DNA from: Anaeromyxobacteraceae bacterium
GTDB taxonomy: Bacteria; Myxococcota; Myxococcia; Myxococcales; Anaeromyxobacteraceae
Direction: 5' to 3'
Assembly: GCA_047602405.1 (NCBI GenBank)
Contig: JASGHJ010000002.1
Span: 32,001 to 96,000, forward strand
Length of the DNA: 64,000 nucleotides
How positions within the stretch are numbered: the first letter of the stretch is position 1; the number at the start of each line of letters is the position of its first letter. The notes below the pieces were generated by a model, which saw nothing but the letters and a program-made list of their open reading frames with translations, did not search any database and was not told the DNA's origin. A program made the position numbers and the translations under genes. Positions 28,590-38,699 of the stretch are shown in pieces.

Positions 28590-29248
28590 AGGGTTCGATG
28601 CCGGCGAAGGATTTCGTGAGGACGGTCACCACCCTGGCCCTCGCGCTGACGGCCGCCTCCTGCGTGCTCGTCCACCCGCGCCAGCCGAAGCCGAACCCGG
28701 ACCAGGGCGACTGGGCCGAGGCCCGCGACGCCGCCATGCGCGGCGCCCAGCTCTACGACGGCATCGACCACCGCGCGAACGCGGTCGCCGTGCACCTGAC
28801 CACGCGCGTGCGCGAGGCTCGCGCCGCCCGGCTCGCCGACTGGTACGCCTGGTCGCCCGCCGAGCTCGACGCCCGGCTCGCGCAGGAGCGCGCCGAGGCC
28901 GCCGCGAGCGAGGAGTTCGTGGTCGCCTTCTACACGGCTGACCTGCGCGCGAACGACCTCGACGCGAAGGAGTCGATCTGGCGGGTGGCGCTCGTCGTCG
29001 ACGGGATCAACTCGCTCCCGACGAAGGTCGAGGGGCTCACGATGGACTGGACCGTGAAGCAGCTGTACCCGGTGTTCGGGCCGTTCGACCTCGTGTACCG
29101 GGTCCGGTTCCCGAAGATCGAGGGCGGGCTCGAGAAGCGGCCGTACGTGCTCCGGCTCACGAGCGCGATGGGCGGGCTCGATCTCGACTTCGCCGGGCCG
29201 GCGAAGCTGCCGCGCGGGCTCGACAGCGTGCCGCCGGCGGCGCGGTAG
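28586..29248 (+). CDS. Hypothetical lipoprotein
   Basis: ATG overlapping the pyrE stop; hydrophobic stretch LALALTAASC; NDLDAKESIWRVAL; coding-like GC3 bias. Confidence 0.65.
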   Translation: MKGSMPAKDFVRTVTTLALALTAASCVLVHPRQPKPNPDQGDWAEARDAAMRGAQLYDGIDHRANAVAVHLTTRVREARAARLADWYAWSPAELDARLAQERAEAAASEEFVVAFYTADLRANDLDAKESIWRVALVVDGINSLPTKVEGLTMDWTVKQLYPVFGPFDLVYRVRFPKIEGGLEKRPYVLRLTSAMGGLDLDFAGPAKLPRGLDSVPPAAR

Positions 29249-29268
29249 GCGACGAGTCGCCCGGCAGC

Positions 29269-30876
29269 TCAGTCCTCGATGTCGCCGCGCGCGAGCACGG
29301 TGTCGCGCAGCCAGCGCTCGTCGGCCTGGGGGTGGTCGAGGAGGTAGTGCAGGCCGCGGGACTCCTTGCGGCGGCGCGCGGACTCCACGATGAGCGTCGC
29401 GAGGTCGGCGAGGTTCCGGAGCTCCACGAGGTCGGCGGTCACGCGGTACTGCCAGTAGTAGTCGCGGATCTCGGCGCGGAGCACGCGCAGGCGCGTGCGC
29501 GCGCGCTCGAGCCGCTTCTCGGTCCGCACGATGCCGACGTAGTTCCACATCAGCCGGCGGACCTCCTCCCAGTTGTGCGTCACGACCACGCCCTCCTCGG
29601 GCGCGAGCGCGTCGCCGGGGTTCCAGTCCGGGATGTCCACCGCGGGGCCGGCGTCGGCGAGCGCGGCGCGGGAGGCGAGCGCCGCCCGGCGGCCGAACAC
29701 GAGCCCCTCGAGGAGCGAGTTCGAGGCGAGGCGGTTCGCGCCGTGGAGGCCGGTGTTGGCGCACTCGCCGATGGCGAAGAGCCGGGGGAGGGTGGTGCGG
29801 CCCTCGAGGTCGGTGACGACGCCGCCGCACTGGTAGTGGGCCGCGGGCACGACCGGGATCGGCTGCACCGCCATGTCGATGCCGAACTCGCGGCAGGTCG
29901 CGTAGATGTGCGGGAAGTGCTCGACGAGGAAGCCCTTCGGCTTGTGCGTCATGTCGAGGAGCGCGCACTCGTCGCCGCGGCGCTTCATCTCGGCGTCGAT
30001 GGAGCGGGCCACGACGTCGCGCGGCGCGAGCTCCTTGCGCGGGTCGTACCGCGACATGAACGCCTCGCCCGCCGCGTTGCGCAGGATGCCGCCCTCGCCG
30101 CGGAGCGCCTCCGAGACGAGGAAGCTCTTCGCCTGCGGGTGGAAGAGGCAGGTGGGGTGGAACTGGAAGAACTCGAGGTTCGCGACCGAGGCGCCCGCGC
30201 GGTAGGCCATCGCGACGCCGTCGCCCGTCGCGACGTCGGGGTTCGTCGTGTACAGGTAGACCTTGCCCGAGCCCCCGGTGGCCAGCACGGTGACACCGGC
30301 CGATATCGCCGCGATGTCCCCGCTCGCCCGGTCGAGGACGTAGGCGCCGAGCGCCCGGTTGGGGCCGCCGAGGCCGACCTTGGCCGAGGTGACGAGGTCG
30401 ACGACGACCTGGTCCTCCTCGATGCGGATGCCGCGCGCGAGGCAGGCGTTGATGAGCACCCGCTCGATCTCGCGGCCGGTGGTGTCCTTGGCGTGCGCCA
30501 CGCGGCGCCGGGAGTGGCCGCCCTCGCGGGTCAGGTGCAGGTGGTCCCCGGAGTCCCGGTCGAACTCGGCCCCCAGCGAGAGCAGCCAGCGGATGCGATC
30601 CGGGCCCTCCCGCACGGTCGCCTCGACCGCCTCGCGCTTGCAGAGGCCCGCCCCGGCGACCAGGGTGTCCTGCACGTGGAGCTCGAAGTCGTCGTCGGCG
30701 CCGAGGACGGAGGCCACCCCGCCCTGGGCGTACTGGGTGGAGCTCTCCCAGCGCTGGCGCTTCGTGACGACCAGGACCGAGCCGTGACCGGCTGCCTCGA
30801 GGGCGAACGTGAGCCCGGCGACTCCGCTTCCGAGGACGAGGAAGTCGACGTGCTCCCTGCGGGAGACCGCGTTCAT
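29269..30876 (-). CDS. nadB: L-aspartate oxidase
   Basis: GSGVAGL FAD motif, YAQGG, REGGHSRRRVAH, QFHPT, LVSEALRGEG, GLHGANRLASNSLLEG. Confidence 0.97.
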   Translation of the reverse strand: MNAVSRREHVDFLVLGSGVAGLTFALEAAGHGSVLVVTKRQRWESSTQYAQGGVASVLGADDDFELHVQDTLVAGAGLCKREAVEATVREGPDRIRWLLSLGAEFDRDSGDHLHLTREGGHSRRRVAHAKDTTGREIERVLINACLARGIRIEEDQVVVDLVTSAKVGLGGPNRALGAYVLDRASGDIAAISAGVTVLATGGSGKVYLYTTNPDVATGDGVAMAYRAGASVANLEFFQFHPTCLFHPQAKSFLVSEALRGEGGILRNAAGEAFMSRYDPRKELAPRDVVARSIDAEMKRRGDECALLDMTHKPKGFLVEHFPHIYATCREFGIDMAVQPIPVVPAAHYQCGGVVTDLEGRTTLPRLFAIGECANTGLHGANRLASNSLLEGLVFGRRAALASRAALADAGPAVDIPDWNPGDALAPEEGVVVTHNWEEVRRLMWNYVGIVRTEKRLERARTRLRVLRAEIRDYYWQYRVTADLVELRNLADLATLIVESARRRKESRGLHYLLDHPQADERWLRDTVLARGDIED

Positions 30877-30964
30877 GTAGGTGCGAACCTTAGCGGAACG
30901 GGCGGGGTGGAGGGGGGAATAAACTTGGCCGCCCGAGCGTGCTCCTGCTAGCTTTTCCCGCGAG

Positions 30965-31585
30965 ATGAAGCGCCCTTACGTGTTCCTCGCCTGCCTCCTC
31001 GCGGGGCTCCTCGCCGCGCCGGCGGCGCGGGCGGGCGAGATTTACACGTACACGGACGCGGACGGCGTCATCCACTTCACGAACGCGCCCACCGACCGCC
31101 GCTGGCGCAGGGTGAAGGCGCGCGGCGGCACGAGCCTCTACCGGTCGGATCCCTCGAGCGCCACGCCCAGGAAGCCTCGCTCGGCGACGTACGACCGCTT
31201 CCGCGAGACCGTCCGCGCGGCCGCCGACGAGTACAAGCTCCCCGAGGCGCTCCTCCTCGCGGTCATGGCGGTCGAGTCGAACTTCGACCACCAGGCCGTC
31301 TCGGAGAAGGGCGCGATGGGGCTCATGCAGCTCATGCCCGGCACGGCGAACGACATGTACGTCGCCGACGCCTGGGATCCGCACCAGAACATCAGGGGCG
31401 GTGCGCGCTACCTGCGCACGCTCGCCAACCAGTACCAGGGCGACGTCATCCTCACGCTCGCGGCGTACAACGCGGGCCCCGAGGCCGTCCGCCGTGCGGG
31501 CAACCGCGTCCCGGCCATCCCGGAGACGCAGGAGTACGTCCGCAAGGTGGTCGCGCTGTACGAGTCCTTCAAGGCGGGGAGCTAG
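30965..31585 (+). CDS. Lytic transglycosylase (SLT) with N-terminal DUF4124-like segment
   Basis: IYTYTDADGVIHFTN; VESNF..AVSEKGAMGLMQLMP; LAAYNAG; ETQEYV. Confidence 0.92.
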   Translation: MKRPYVFLACLLAGLLAAPAARAGEIYTYTDADGVIHFTNAPTDRRWRRVKARGGTSLYRSDPSSATPRKPRSATYDRFRETVRAAADEYKLPEALLLAVMAVESNFDHQAVSEKGAMGLMQLMPGTANDMYVADAWDPHQNIRGGARYLRTLANQYQGDVILTLAAYNAGPEAVRRAGNRVPAIPETQEYVRKVVALYESFKAGS

Positions 31586-31588
31586 GCC

Positions 31589-32831
31589 GTGGCCACGCAA
31601 CCGCGGGCGGACGAGATTCGAGGGGCTGGACGAGGAGTTCCTGTTCCACCTGAACCGGGGCTCGGAGGTGCTCGCGCGCGGCGAGGCCGAGGGCGCGCGC
31701 ACCTCGCTCGAGCGCGCGCTCGAGCTCAGGCCGAAGGACTCGAAGGTCCTCGGGCTGCTCGGGCAGGCCTACTACAAGCTCGCGCGGTACGACGACGCCG
31801 GCAAGGTCTGGCAGAAGCTCGTCGACGACAACCCGGTGGAGCCGAGCGCGCGCGTGAACCTCGGCCTCGCGCGGCTCAAGGGCAAGCGGTACCCGGACGC
31901 GGTGAAGCAGCTCGAGATCGCGCTCGACCTCAACCCGGAGCACAAGAAGGCGATGGGCTACCTCGGCCTCGCGCTCCTCGAGAGCGGCGAGCCGGCCCGG
32001 GCGAAGGAGTGGTTCAAGAAGGCCGGGTCGGACCAGATGGTCGCCCGCTGCGACGAGGTGATCGCCGGGAAGACCGCCGCGCCGCTGAGGGAGGCCGAGG
32101 CCGAGGCCCCCGCGCCGGAGGTCATGCCGGTCGCCGCCGCGAAGCCGCCGCCGCCGCCGCCTCCTCCTCCGCGCCCCGCGGTCGAGGCGGGCGTGCTCGC
32201 CACCTGGGCCGCCGGCCGCGTCATCTCGGCCGCCGCGAACGCGCAGACCTTCGTGCTCATGGGCGAGGTGCTCGCGGTCACCGTGAAGGGCGAGGTGCGG
32301 GTGCGCCTCGACGGGCTCTTCGCCACGCGCGGCAAGCTCTCGCTCTCCGGCGAGGTGAAGCGCTTCCGCGGCCGCCCCACCGAGAAGCCGTTCGGCGAGG
32401 GCGCCTGGCGGATGCACCTCGCGAGCGGGGAGGGCACGCTGCTCGTGCGCTCCCCGGGGCGCAAGTTCACCGTCCTCGACCTCGGCAGCGAGGCGGCCTA
32501 CTTTCGCGAGGAGGTCCTGTTCGGCTTCGAGGACGCGCTCGCGTTCGAGAACGGGCGGGTGCCCTCCAGCATCGCGGTAGACCTCAACCTCGTGCACCTG
32601 CGCGGCAACGGGAACTTCCTGCTCGCCACGGGCGGCAACCCGGTCGCCATCGACGTCACGGTCGACGCGCCGCTGAAGCTCCCGCTCGAGGCGCTGGTGG
32701 GCTGGGTGGGCGGCCTCACGCCGAAGGTGTCGCTCCTCTCCGAGGACGACCCCACCACCGCCGCGGTCGAGCTCACCGGCGAGGGCCGCGTGCTCGCCGA
32801 CCCCGGCGCCGGCTGGGGCGATCTCCCGTGA
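31589..32831 (+). CDS. TPR protein with C-terminal AIM24-like domain; apparent +1 frameshift at ~31617
   Basis: GTG 31589; removing one T from GATTC (31615-31619) gives MATQPRADEIEGLDEEFLFHL; TPR repeats, poly-Pro linker, beta-rich C-terminus. Confidence 0.7.
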
Positions 32832-33445
32832 GCGCGGGCGAGCGCCGCCTCGGCAAGGACCTCCTGAACCTGCCGAACGCGATCACGCTCACGCGCATCG
32901 CGATGATCCCGGTGTTCCTCTGGTTCACGTACCACGAGTCGCGCGTCGACTCGTTCATCGCCTGCCTCGTCTACGCCGTGACCGGCGCGACCGACTTCCT
33001 CGACGGCTGGATCGCGCGCCGGAAGGGGCTCGTCACCCTCATCGGCAAGTTCCTCGATCCGCTCGCCGACAAGCTCGTGGTGATGGCGGCGCTCGTGATG
33101 CTGGTGCACCTCGGCCGCGTCGGCGCCTGGGTGGTCATCCTCATCATGGCGCGCGAGTTCATCATCACGGGCCTGCGCACCATCGCGATCGGCGAGGGCA
33201 TCGTCATCGCCGCAGGGCAGGAGGGGAAGTACAAGACCGCCTTCCAGCTCGCCGGGATCACGTTCCTGCTCCTCAACTACACCTACCCGGTGGACTGGGT
33301 GGTCGTGTCCTTCGACCTCGACTCCAACAAGGTCGGGGCCTGGCTGCTCTACATCTCGCTCGTGTTCTCGATCGTGAGCGCGGCGATCTACATCCGCGAC
33401 TTCATCCGCGCGGCGTACGCGAAGCCGGCCTCTCCGACCCGTTAG
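32828..33445 (+). CDS. pgsA: CDP-diacylglycerol--glycerol-3-phosphate 3-phosphatidyltransferase
   Basis: NLPNAITLTRI, TDFLDGWIAR..GKFLDPLADK, REFIITGLR, GKYKTAFQ. Confidence 0.96.
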   Translation: MSAGERRLGKDLLNLPNAITLTRIAMIPVFLWFTYHESRVDSFIACLVYAVTGATDFLDGWIARRKGLVTLIGKFLDPLADKLVVMAALVMLVHLGRVGAWVVILIMAREFIITGLRTIAIGEGIVIAAGQEGKYKTAFQLAGITFLLLNYTYPVDWVVVSFDLDSNKVGAWLLYISLVFSIVSAAIYIRDFIRAAYAKPASPTR

Positions 33446-33654
33446 CCCCGAGCGCAGGGGCCGCGCAGCGTAGGCGAAGCCGGCCTCTCCGACCCGTCAG
33501 CCCCGAGCGTAGGGGCCGCGCAGCGTAGGCGAAGCCGGCCTCTCCGACCCGTTAGCCCCGAGCGTAGGGGCCGCGCAGCGTACGCGAAGTCGGCCTCTCC
33601 GACCCGTTAGCCCCGAGCGTAGGGGCCGCGCAGCGGCCCCGGAGGCGAGGGGCG
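33421..33654 (+). repeat. About four 55-bp tandem repeats ending in REP-like copy 8
   Basis: Unit GAAGCCGGCCTCTCCGACCCGTTAGCCCCGAGCGTAGGGGCCGCGCAGCGTA(G/C)GC at 33421, 33476, 33531, 33586; last unit completes GGGGCCGC gca GCGGCCCC-GGAGGCGAGGGGCG. Confidence 0.9.
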
Positions 33655-33655
33655 C

Positions 33656-34801
33656 CTACCGCATCACCTCATCCACCGCCCGCAGCACCACCTCCGCCGG
33701 CGCGTCCCCGCGCACCTCCGCCGCCGCGAACGTCGGCAGCCGGTGGCCCCAGCGCGCCGAGTCCCCGCGGAAGAAGACGCCCACGGTCCGCGCCCCGACC
33801 GCCATCGCGAGGTGCATCGGTCCCGAGTTGTTGGAGACCACGAGCCGCGCCCGCCGCATCAGCGCGGCGAGGAGCGGCAGGGACGTCGGCGGCGCGAACA
33901 CCGCCCCGGACCCCTCGGCGATGGCCTTCGCGAGGACCTCCTCGCCGGGCCCCCAGACGACGAGCGGCGCGAGCCCGCGGGCGATGAGCCCCTTGCACAC
34001 CTCGGCGTAGTGCTCCGGCGGCCAGCGCCGGTCGGAGATGCGCGCGCCCGGGTTCACGACCGCGAGCGGCTTCCCGGTGAGGCCCGCCGCGGCGAGGAGC
34101 GCGTCGGCCTCCCCGAGCGCGTCCACGCCGAGCGACGTCTCGAGCTCGAGCCCGCGCGCGGGCAGCCCGAGCGCCTGGAGGAGCTCGAGCTTCGCCGGGA
34201 CCTCGCTCGGCTCGGCGGGATCGTGCCTCACCGGGTGCGAGAGGAACCGCGCCGCGTCGCCGCGGTCGTGCCCGACGATCGGCGCCTTGCCCGCGACGAG
34301 CCGCGCCACGAGCGACCCCGTCAGCGAGTAGGCCGACCAGTGGTTCGCCTCGACGACGAGGTCGTACCGCTCGCGCCGGAGCCCGCGCAGGAGCCCGATG
34401 AACCGGAGCGGCGCCTTGAAGGCGTCGCGCTTCTGCCAGAGCACGAAGCGGTCGACGTGCGGCGAGCCCGCGAGCCGGCCCTGCTTCGGGGCCAAGAGGT
34501 GCAGCTCGGCGCCGGGGAGCCCGAGCTTCAGCGCCCGGAGGAGCGGGGTCGTGAGGAGCTGGTTCCCGACCCGCTCGTCGAGCCGGACCACGAGGACCCT
34601 GCGGAGCCGGTCCAGCGCCGGCAGCGCCGCCCGGGGCCGCGGGAACACCAGGTTCGCGAGCCCGAGGGCGAGGGTTCGCCCGATGGCGCGGAAGAAGTTC
34701 GCGATCGGCCCGCGCTGCACGCCCCCGCCGAGCTTCTTCGCTGCCGCGACCTGCTCGGCGCGGGTGGGCGAACCCGGGGTCTGGGGCGTGTCCTGGGCCA
34801 T
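33656..34801 (-). CDS. Glycosyltransferase family 9 (LPS heptosyltransferase-like)
   Basis: VLVVRLDERVGNQLLTTPLLRALK, NPGA..RRWPPEHY, VVSNNSGPMHLAMAVG. Confidence 0.9.
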   Translation of the reverse strand: MAQDTPQTPGSPTRAEQVAAAKKLGGGVQRGPIANFFRAIGRTLALGLANLVFPRPRAALPALDRLRRVLVVRLDERVGNQLLTTPLLRALKLGLPGAELHLLAPKQGRLAGSPHVDRFVLWQKRDAFKAPLRFIGLLRGLRRERYDLVVEANHWSAYSLTGSLVARLVAGKAPIVGHDRGDAARFLSHPVRHDPAEPSEVPAKLELLQALGLPARGLELETSLGVDALGEADALLAAAGLTGKPLAVVNPGARISDRRWPPEHYAEVCKGLIARGLAPLVVWGPGEEVLAKAIAEGSGAVFAPPTSLPLLAALMRRARLVVSNNSGPMHLAMAVGARTVGVFFRGDSARWGHRLPTFAAAEVRGDAPAEVVLRAVDEVMR

Positions 34802-34856
34802 CGGGCCGGGGAGAATACCCCGGTTCCGCCGGGGGTTCGGAGGCGTCATCCCGTGC

Positions 34857-34886
34857 TTGACACCCCCCGGCAGGCACCTCTATAAC
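34857..34886 (+). promoter_or_regulatory. Sigma70 promoter of tRNA-Gly
   Basis: TTGACA (34857-34862), 18-nt spacer, TATAAC (34881-34886), then GC-rich discriminator. Confidence 0.8.
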
Positions 34887-34919
34887 GGCGCCCCTGCAAG
34901 CGGTTCGCAGACAGGTTTC

Positions 34920-34994
34920 GCGGGAATAGCTCAGTGGTAGAGCATCGCCTTGCCAAGGCGAGGGTCGAGGGTTCAAATCCCTTTTCCCGCTCCA
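34920..34994 (+). tRNA. tRNA-Gly (GCC)
   Basis: GCGGGAA acceptor stem pairs with TTCCCGC; D arm AGCTCAGTGGTAGAGC; anticodon arm CGCC-TTGCCAA-GGCG; T arm GGTTCAAATCC; encoded CCA. Confidence 0.97.
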
Positions 34995-34997
34995 TCT

Positions 34998-35024
34998 AAG
35001 GCCCCGGTCCGCCGGGGCCTTTTT
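34998..35024 (+). terminator. Rho-independent terminator after tRNA-Gly
   Basis: AAGGCCCCGG-tccg-CCGGGGCCTTTTT. Confidence 0.9.
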
Positions 35025-35143
35025 CATTTCCTGGCGGGCGCGACCAACGTACGACCAAGACCCGACGTCCTCTGGAACGGCGTCCGCGGGAGTGGACGAG
35101 GCATCCGGGTCTTCGGGCAGGGTTCCGCCCCGCGTGACGCAAC

Positions 35144-38100
35144 TCACGGGGACATTCGAGCGTCCATCGACCGCGTCCCGGCCACGCGAGCCAGCAGCGC
35201 CTCGAGCTCCTCGAGCGAAGGTGGCTTCGACATGTGGGCATCGAACCCTGCCGCGAGCGCCGCTGCGCGATCCTCCGGCTGCGCGAACCCCGTCAACGCG
35301 ATGGCGAAGATGTCTCCGCCGCCGGGTTGCGTCCGGATCGCCTGGATGACCTCGTGCCCGGTCAGGTCGGGCAGGCCGATGTCGCAGAGCAGGGCCTGGG
35401 GCCGTCGCCGTGCCCTCTCGATGCCTTCACGGCCCGTGTGGACCGTCTCCACCTCGTGACCGCCCAGCGCGAGCAGGTCGGCGAGGGTCGTCGCGGCGTC
35501 CACGTTGTCCTCGACGATGAGGATCGAGAGCGGCTGTGCCGCCGCGGCGCCGATTCTCCCTTGCGCCTCGCGCCGAGGCGCTGCCGCGAGGGGAAGCGCG
35601 AGCACGAACGAGGCGCCCGTACCCGGGCCGTCGCTGTGCGCTCGGACGGAGCCCCCGTGCCTCTCGGCGAGATCCCTCACGAGGGCGAGGCCGATGCCGA
35701 GGCCGCCGTGGGCCCGGCGCACGGCGACGGCCTGCTCGAACGCGCCGAAGATCCGCTCGAGATCCTCCGGGGCGATGCCGATTCCGGTGTCCCGGACGGT
35801 GGTCTCGCACGTGTCCCCTCGGCGCTCCGCGACGACGTCCACCGCACCTCCGGGCGGCGTGAACTTGAGCGCGTTCGCCAGCAGGTTGCCCACCATCTGC
35901 GCGAGCCGGGCCGTGTCCGCCTCCACCCACAACGGCTCCGCGGGGTCGATGTAGCGGAGCTTCACGCCGCGTTGATCGAACCCCGCGCGGGCATCCTCGC
36001 AGGCCCTGCTCACGACCTCGCGCGCGTCGAGCCGGGTCTTCCGGAGCTCGATCTTCCCGTGCGTGATGCGGGTCATGTCGAGCAGGTCGTCGACCAGCCG
36101 CGTCAGGTGGTCGGCCTGGCGGTGGATGATCTCGCGGGCCCGGCGGGCCTGGTCGCTGTCCGGCGGCGTCCGCTCCAGCAGGGCCGCGCTGTTGCGAATC
36201 GGCGCGAGCGGGTTCCTGAGCTCGTGCGACAGCACGGCGAGGAACTCCGACTTGCGCCGGCCCTCCGCGCGGAGCTGCTCGTTGGCGGCCCGTAGATCCT
36301 CTCCGGCGCGCCGGAGGTCGGTGACGTCCATGGACACGCCGAGCAGCCGGACGGGGCGGTGCCCCGTGTCGAACTCGACGCGGCCGCTCTCCTGGAGCCG
36401 CCGCACCTCGCCGTCCGGGCGGACGATCCGGTGCTCCGAGCGGTAGGCGCCGTCCGGCGACTCGAGCGCGCTGCGCACGCTGGCGAGGAAGAGGTTCCTG
36501 TCCGCCGGGTGGACGATGTCCGCGACCTCCTGCAGCGTGCGACCTCGGTCGCCTTCGGCGGGCAGCGCCTCCTCCATGCTCAGCGCCCTCGTGACCCTGT
36601 CGCGCTCGATGTCCCACTCGAAGACGAGGGCCAGCGAGGCGGTCATCGCCAGCCGGAGGGCGGCCTCGCGGTCCGCTGCCCTGTCCTGGACGAGCTTGTG
36701 CTCGGTCACGTCGACCGCGGTGGCGATGATGCCGATGACGACGCCGTCGCGTTGCTGGGGCCGGACGTGGAGGTCGAACCAGCGCATCACGCCGCGGTCC
36801 TGCACCGGTCGGATCTCTCGAACGGCCTCGCCGGTCTGCAGGGCGCGCCGCTTCAGCGCGATGAGCCCCTCCGCGTCCTCCGGGCGCTCGAACAGGTCGT
36901 GGTCGGTCTTCCCGGCCACATCCTCGGATCGGAACCCGAGCGCCGGATTGGCGATCCAGGTGTAACGGAGATCGAGGTCCTGGGTGAAGACGACGACCGG
37001 AGAGGCCTCCACGGCCGCGGTGAACCGCTCGTTGGTCTCCCGCAGCCGCGCCTCGGCGATCCGGAGCGCCGTCTCCGACCGGGCGCGGAGGATCGAGGCC
37101 GAGAGGCGCTCGGCCGTCTCCCGCACCAGCGCGACGTCCAGCTCGCCCCAGGGGCGCGGGCGGGAGGTCGTGACGCACAGCGCTCCCAGGAGGGCGCTCC
37201 CCTTGATGACGGGCACGGAGACGTGGGCCGCGATTTGGACTGCAGCGAGCGCGGGGCGATCGGCCTCTGGAATCCTCGCATCCGAGGCCACATCGGCCAT
37301 CGCGACACTCTCGCCGCGCCTGAGCAGGGGCATCACCCACCCGTAGTCGTCCAGGGGGCGGGTGCCCACGAGCGACGGCACCCCCGGCACCACGTGATCC
37401 CGCGCCACGTGCGTGGTGCCCGCCTGCTCATCCAGCTCGACGTAGAACGCTCGATCCACTCCGAGCTGCTCGACGAGGAGCCGGCAGGCCCCGGCCTGGA
37501 TCTCCTCGGCGTCGGCCAGGTCCCGAAGCCTGTCGCCGAGCCGGACGAGGTACGCCTGGCGCGCCTCGCTCGCGCGGAGCGCGTCCTCGGACCGCTTCCG
37601 GTCGCTGATGTCCTCGACGAGGCCGACGATCCACCGGGACGCGCCGAGCGCGTCCCGGACGAGGGACACGCTCTTGCGAACCCAGACCGAGTCCCCCGGC
37701 TTGCGCCGATAGCGACTTTCGATCACGAAGGCCGGGATGGCGCCGGCAAGCAGGCGCTCGATCTCGACCAGGCACGCGCGATCGTCCGCGAAGAGCAGCT
37801 CGGGAATGGTCTTCGTACGCAGCTCGTCCAGGGTGTACCCGGTGATGGCACAGTAGGCGGGGTTCGCGTCGAGAAAGCGGCCCTCCGGCGTCGCGAGCGC
37901 GAACCCGATGGTCGCCTGGGCAAATGCCGCCCGGTGCTTCTCCTCGCTCTCCCGGAGCGCCTCCACGGCCCGCTTGCGCTCGGTGACGTCCCGGAAGAGG
38001 GCCCCCACGCGCCGGCTCTCCGGACCTCCCAGGCGGAAGACGAAGAAGCCGTACCACCGACGATCGGGAGCGGCGTACCGCTCGAGGCGGACGCTCTCGC

Positions 38101-38368
38101 CGGTCAGGGCCACCTTGCCGAAGATCTCGTACCAGTACTCCTCGTATCCGGGGTCGATCTCCCGCAGTCGCTTCCCCGTGAAGTCCCGGCCGACCATGCG
38201 CGTCGCGGCCGCGTTGGCCCCGACGTAGAGCAGGTCGATCGGCCGGTCGTGATCATCGAAGAGGACGTCGATGAGGAAGAGGCCCTCGTCGATGGCGTCG
38301 AAGAGGGTCTGGTACGGAGTCTCCCGATCGCGCTGCGGACCGGCGGGCCGGAAGTCGAGGATCGACAT
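35144..38368 (-). CDS. Hybrid sensor histidine kinase (multiple PAS/PAC, GAF, HisKA, HATPase, REC)
   Basis: DVTERKR PAC ends, GAF segment, LSHELRNPLAP, NLLANALKFT, GGLGIGL, ILIVEDN..CDIGLPD..HMSKP. Confidence 0.93.
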   Translation of the reverse strand: MSILDFRPAGPQRDRETPYQTLFDAIDEGLFLIDVLFDDHDRPIDLLYVGANAAATRMVGRDFTGKRLREIDPGYEEYWYEIFGKVALTGESVRLERYAAPDRRWYGFFVFRLGGPESRRVGALFRDVTERKRAVEALRESEEKHRAAFAQATIGFALATPEGRFLDANPAYCAITGYTLDELRTKTIPELLFADDRACLVEIERLLAGAIPAFVIESRYRRKPGDSVWVRKSVSLVRDALGASRWIVGLVEDISDRKRSEDALRASEARQAYLVRLGDRLRDLADAEEIQAGACRLLVEQLGVDRAFYVELDEQAGTTHVARDHVVPGVPSLVGTRPLDDYGWVMPLLRRGESVAMADVASDARIPEADRPALAAVQIAAHVSVPVIKGSALLGALCVTTSRPRPWGELDVALVRETAERLSASILRARSETALRIAEARLRETNERFTAAVEASPVVVFTQDLDLRYTWIANPALGFRSEDVAGKTDHDLFERPEDAEGLIALKRRALQTGEAVREIRPVQDRGVMRWFDLHVRPQQRDGVVIGIIATAVDVTEHKLVQDRAADREAALRLAMTASLALVFEWDIERDRVTRALSMEEALPAEGDRGRTLQEVADIVHPADRNLFLASVRSALESPDGAYRSEHRIVRPDGEVRRLQESGRVEFDTGHRPVRLLGVSMDVTDLRRAGEDLRAANEQLRAEGRRKSEFLAVLSHELRNPLAPIRNSAALLERTPPDSDQARRAREIIHRQADHLTRLVDDLLDMTRITHGKIELRKTRLDAREVVSRACEDARAGFDQRGVKLRYIDPAEPLWVEADTARLAQMVGNLLANALKFTPPGGAVDVVAERRGDTCETTVRDTGIGIAPEDLERIFGAFEQAVAVRRAHGGLGIGLALVRDLAERHGGSVRAHSDGPGTGASFVLALPLAAAPRREAQGRIGAAAAQPLSILIVEDNVDAATTLADLLALGGHEVETVHTGREGIERARRRPQALLCDIGLPDLTGHEVIQAIRTQPGGGDIFAIALTGFAQPEDRAAALAAGFDAHMSKPPSLEELEALLARVAGTRSMDARMSP

Positions 38369-38699
38369 CGCGACCTCGATCTGATGGCGGAGCGAGCTTC
38401 GCGCATTCCCCGGTCGAGCGGCGGGTCGACCGGGGAGGGGCCTGCCGGTGCTCCGGTCGACCAGTCGCCGGCCTCGAGACAGGTCCGCGCGGTTATATCC
38501 AGGCGTTCATGTGCGATACCTATGACGGGACGTGAAACCGCTGCCCGCCTGTCCGTCGGCGCAACTCCTACGGCCGGGTCCGTGGATCGCTGACCCGGTC
38601 GCCGGTGGATGGCCTCAGGCCGGCGCGGGACATGCGATTTGGGGGCTCCCACCGGTACCCTTTCTTGCGCTGCGTTCGTGGTGCTAGCAGTCCGGGTGA

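Noticed and set aside
33421..33654. Possible CRISPR array
   Set aside because: Units are contiguous near-identical 55-mers without unique spacers; no cas genes in the window
34995..35143. Integrative element at tRNA-Gly
   Set aside because: Native terminator follows the tRNA directly; no integrase or direct repeat seen in the window
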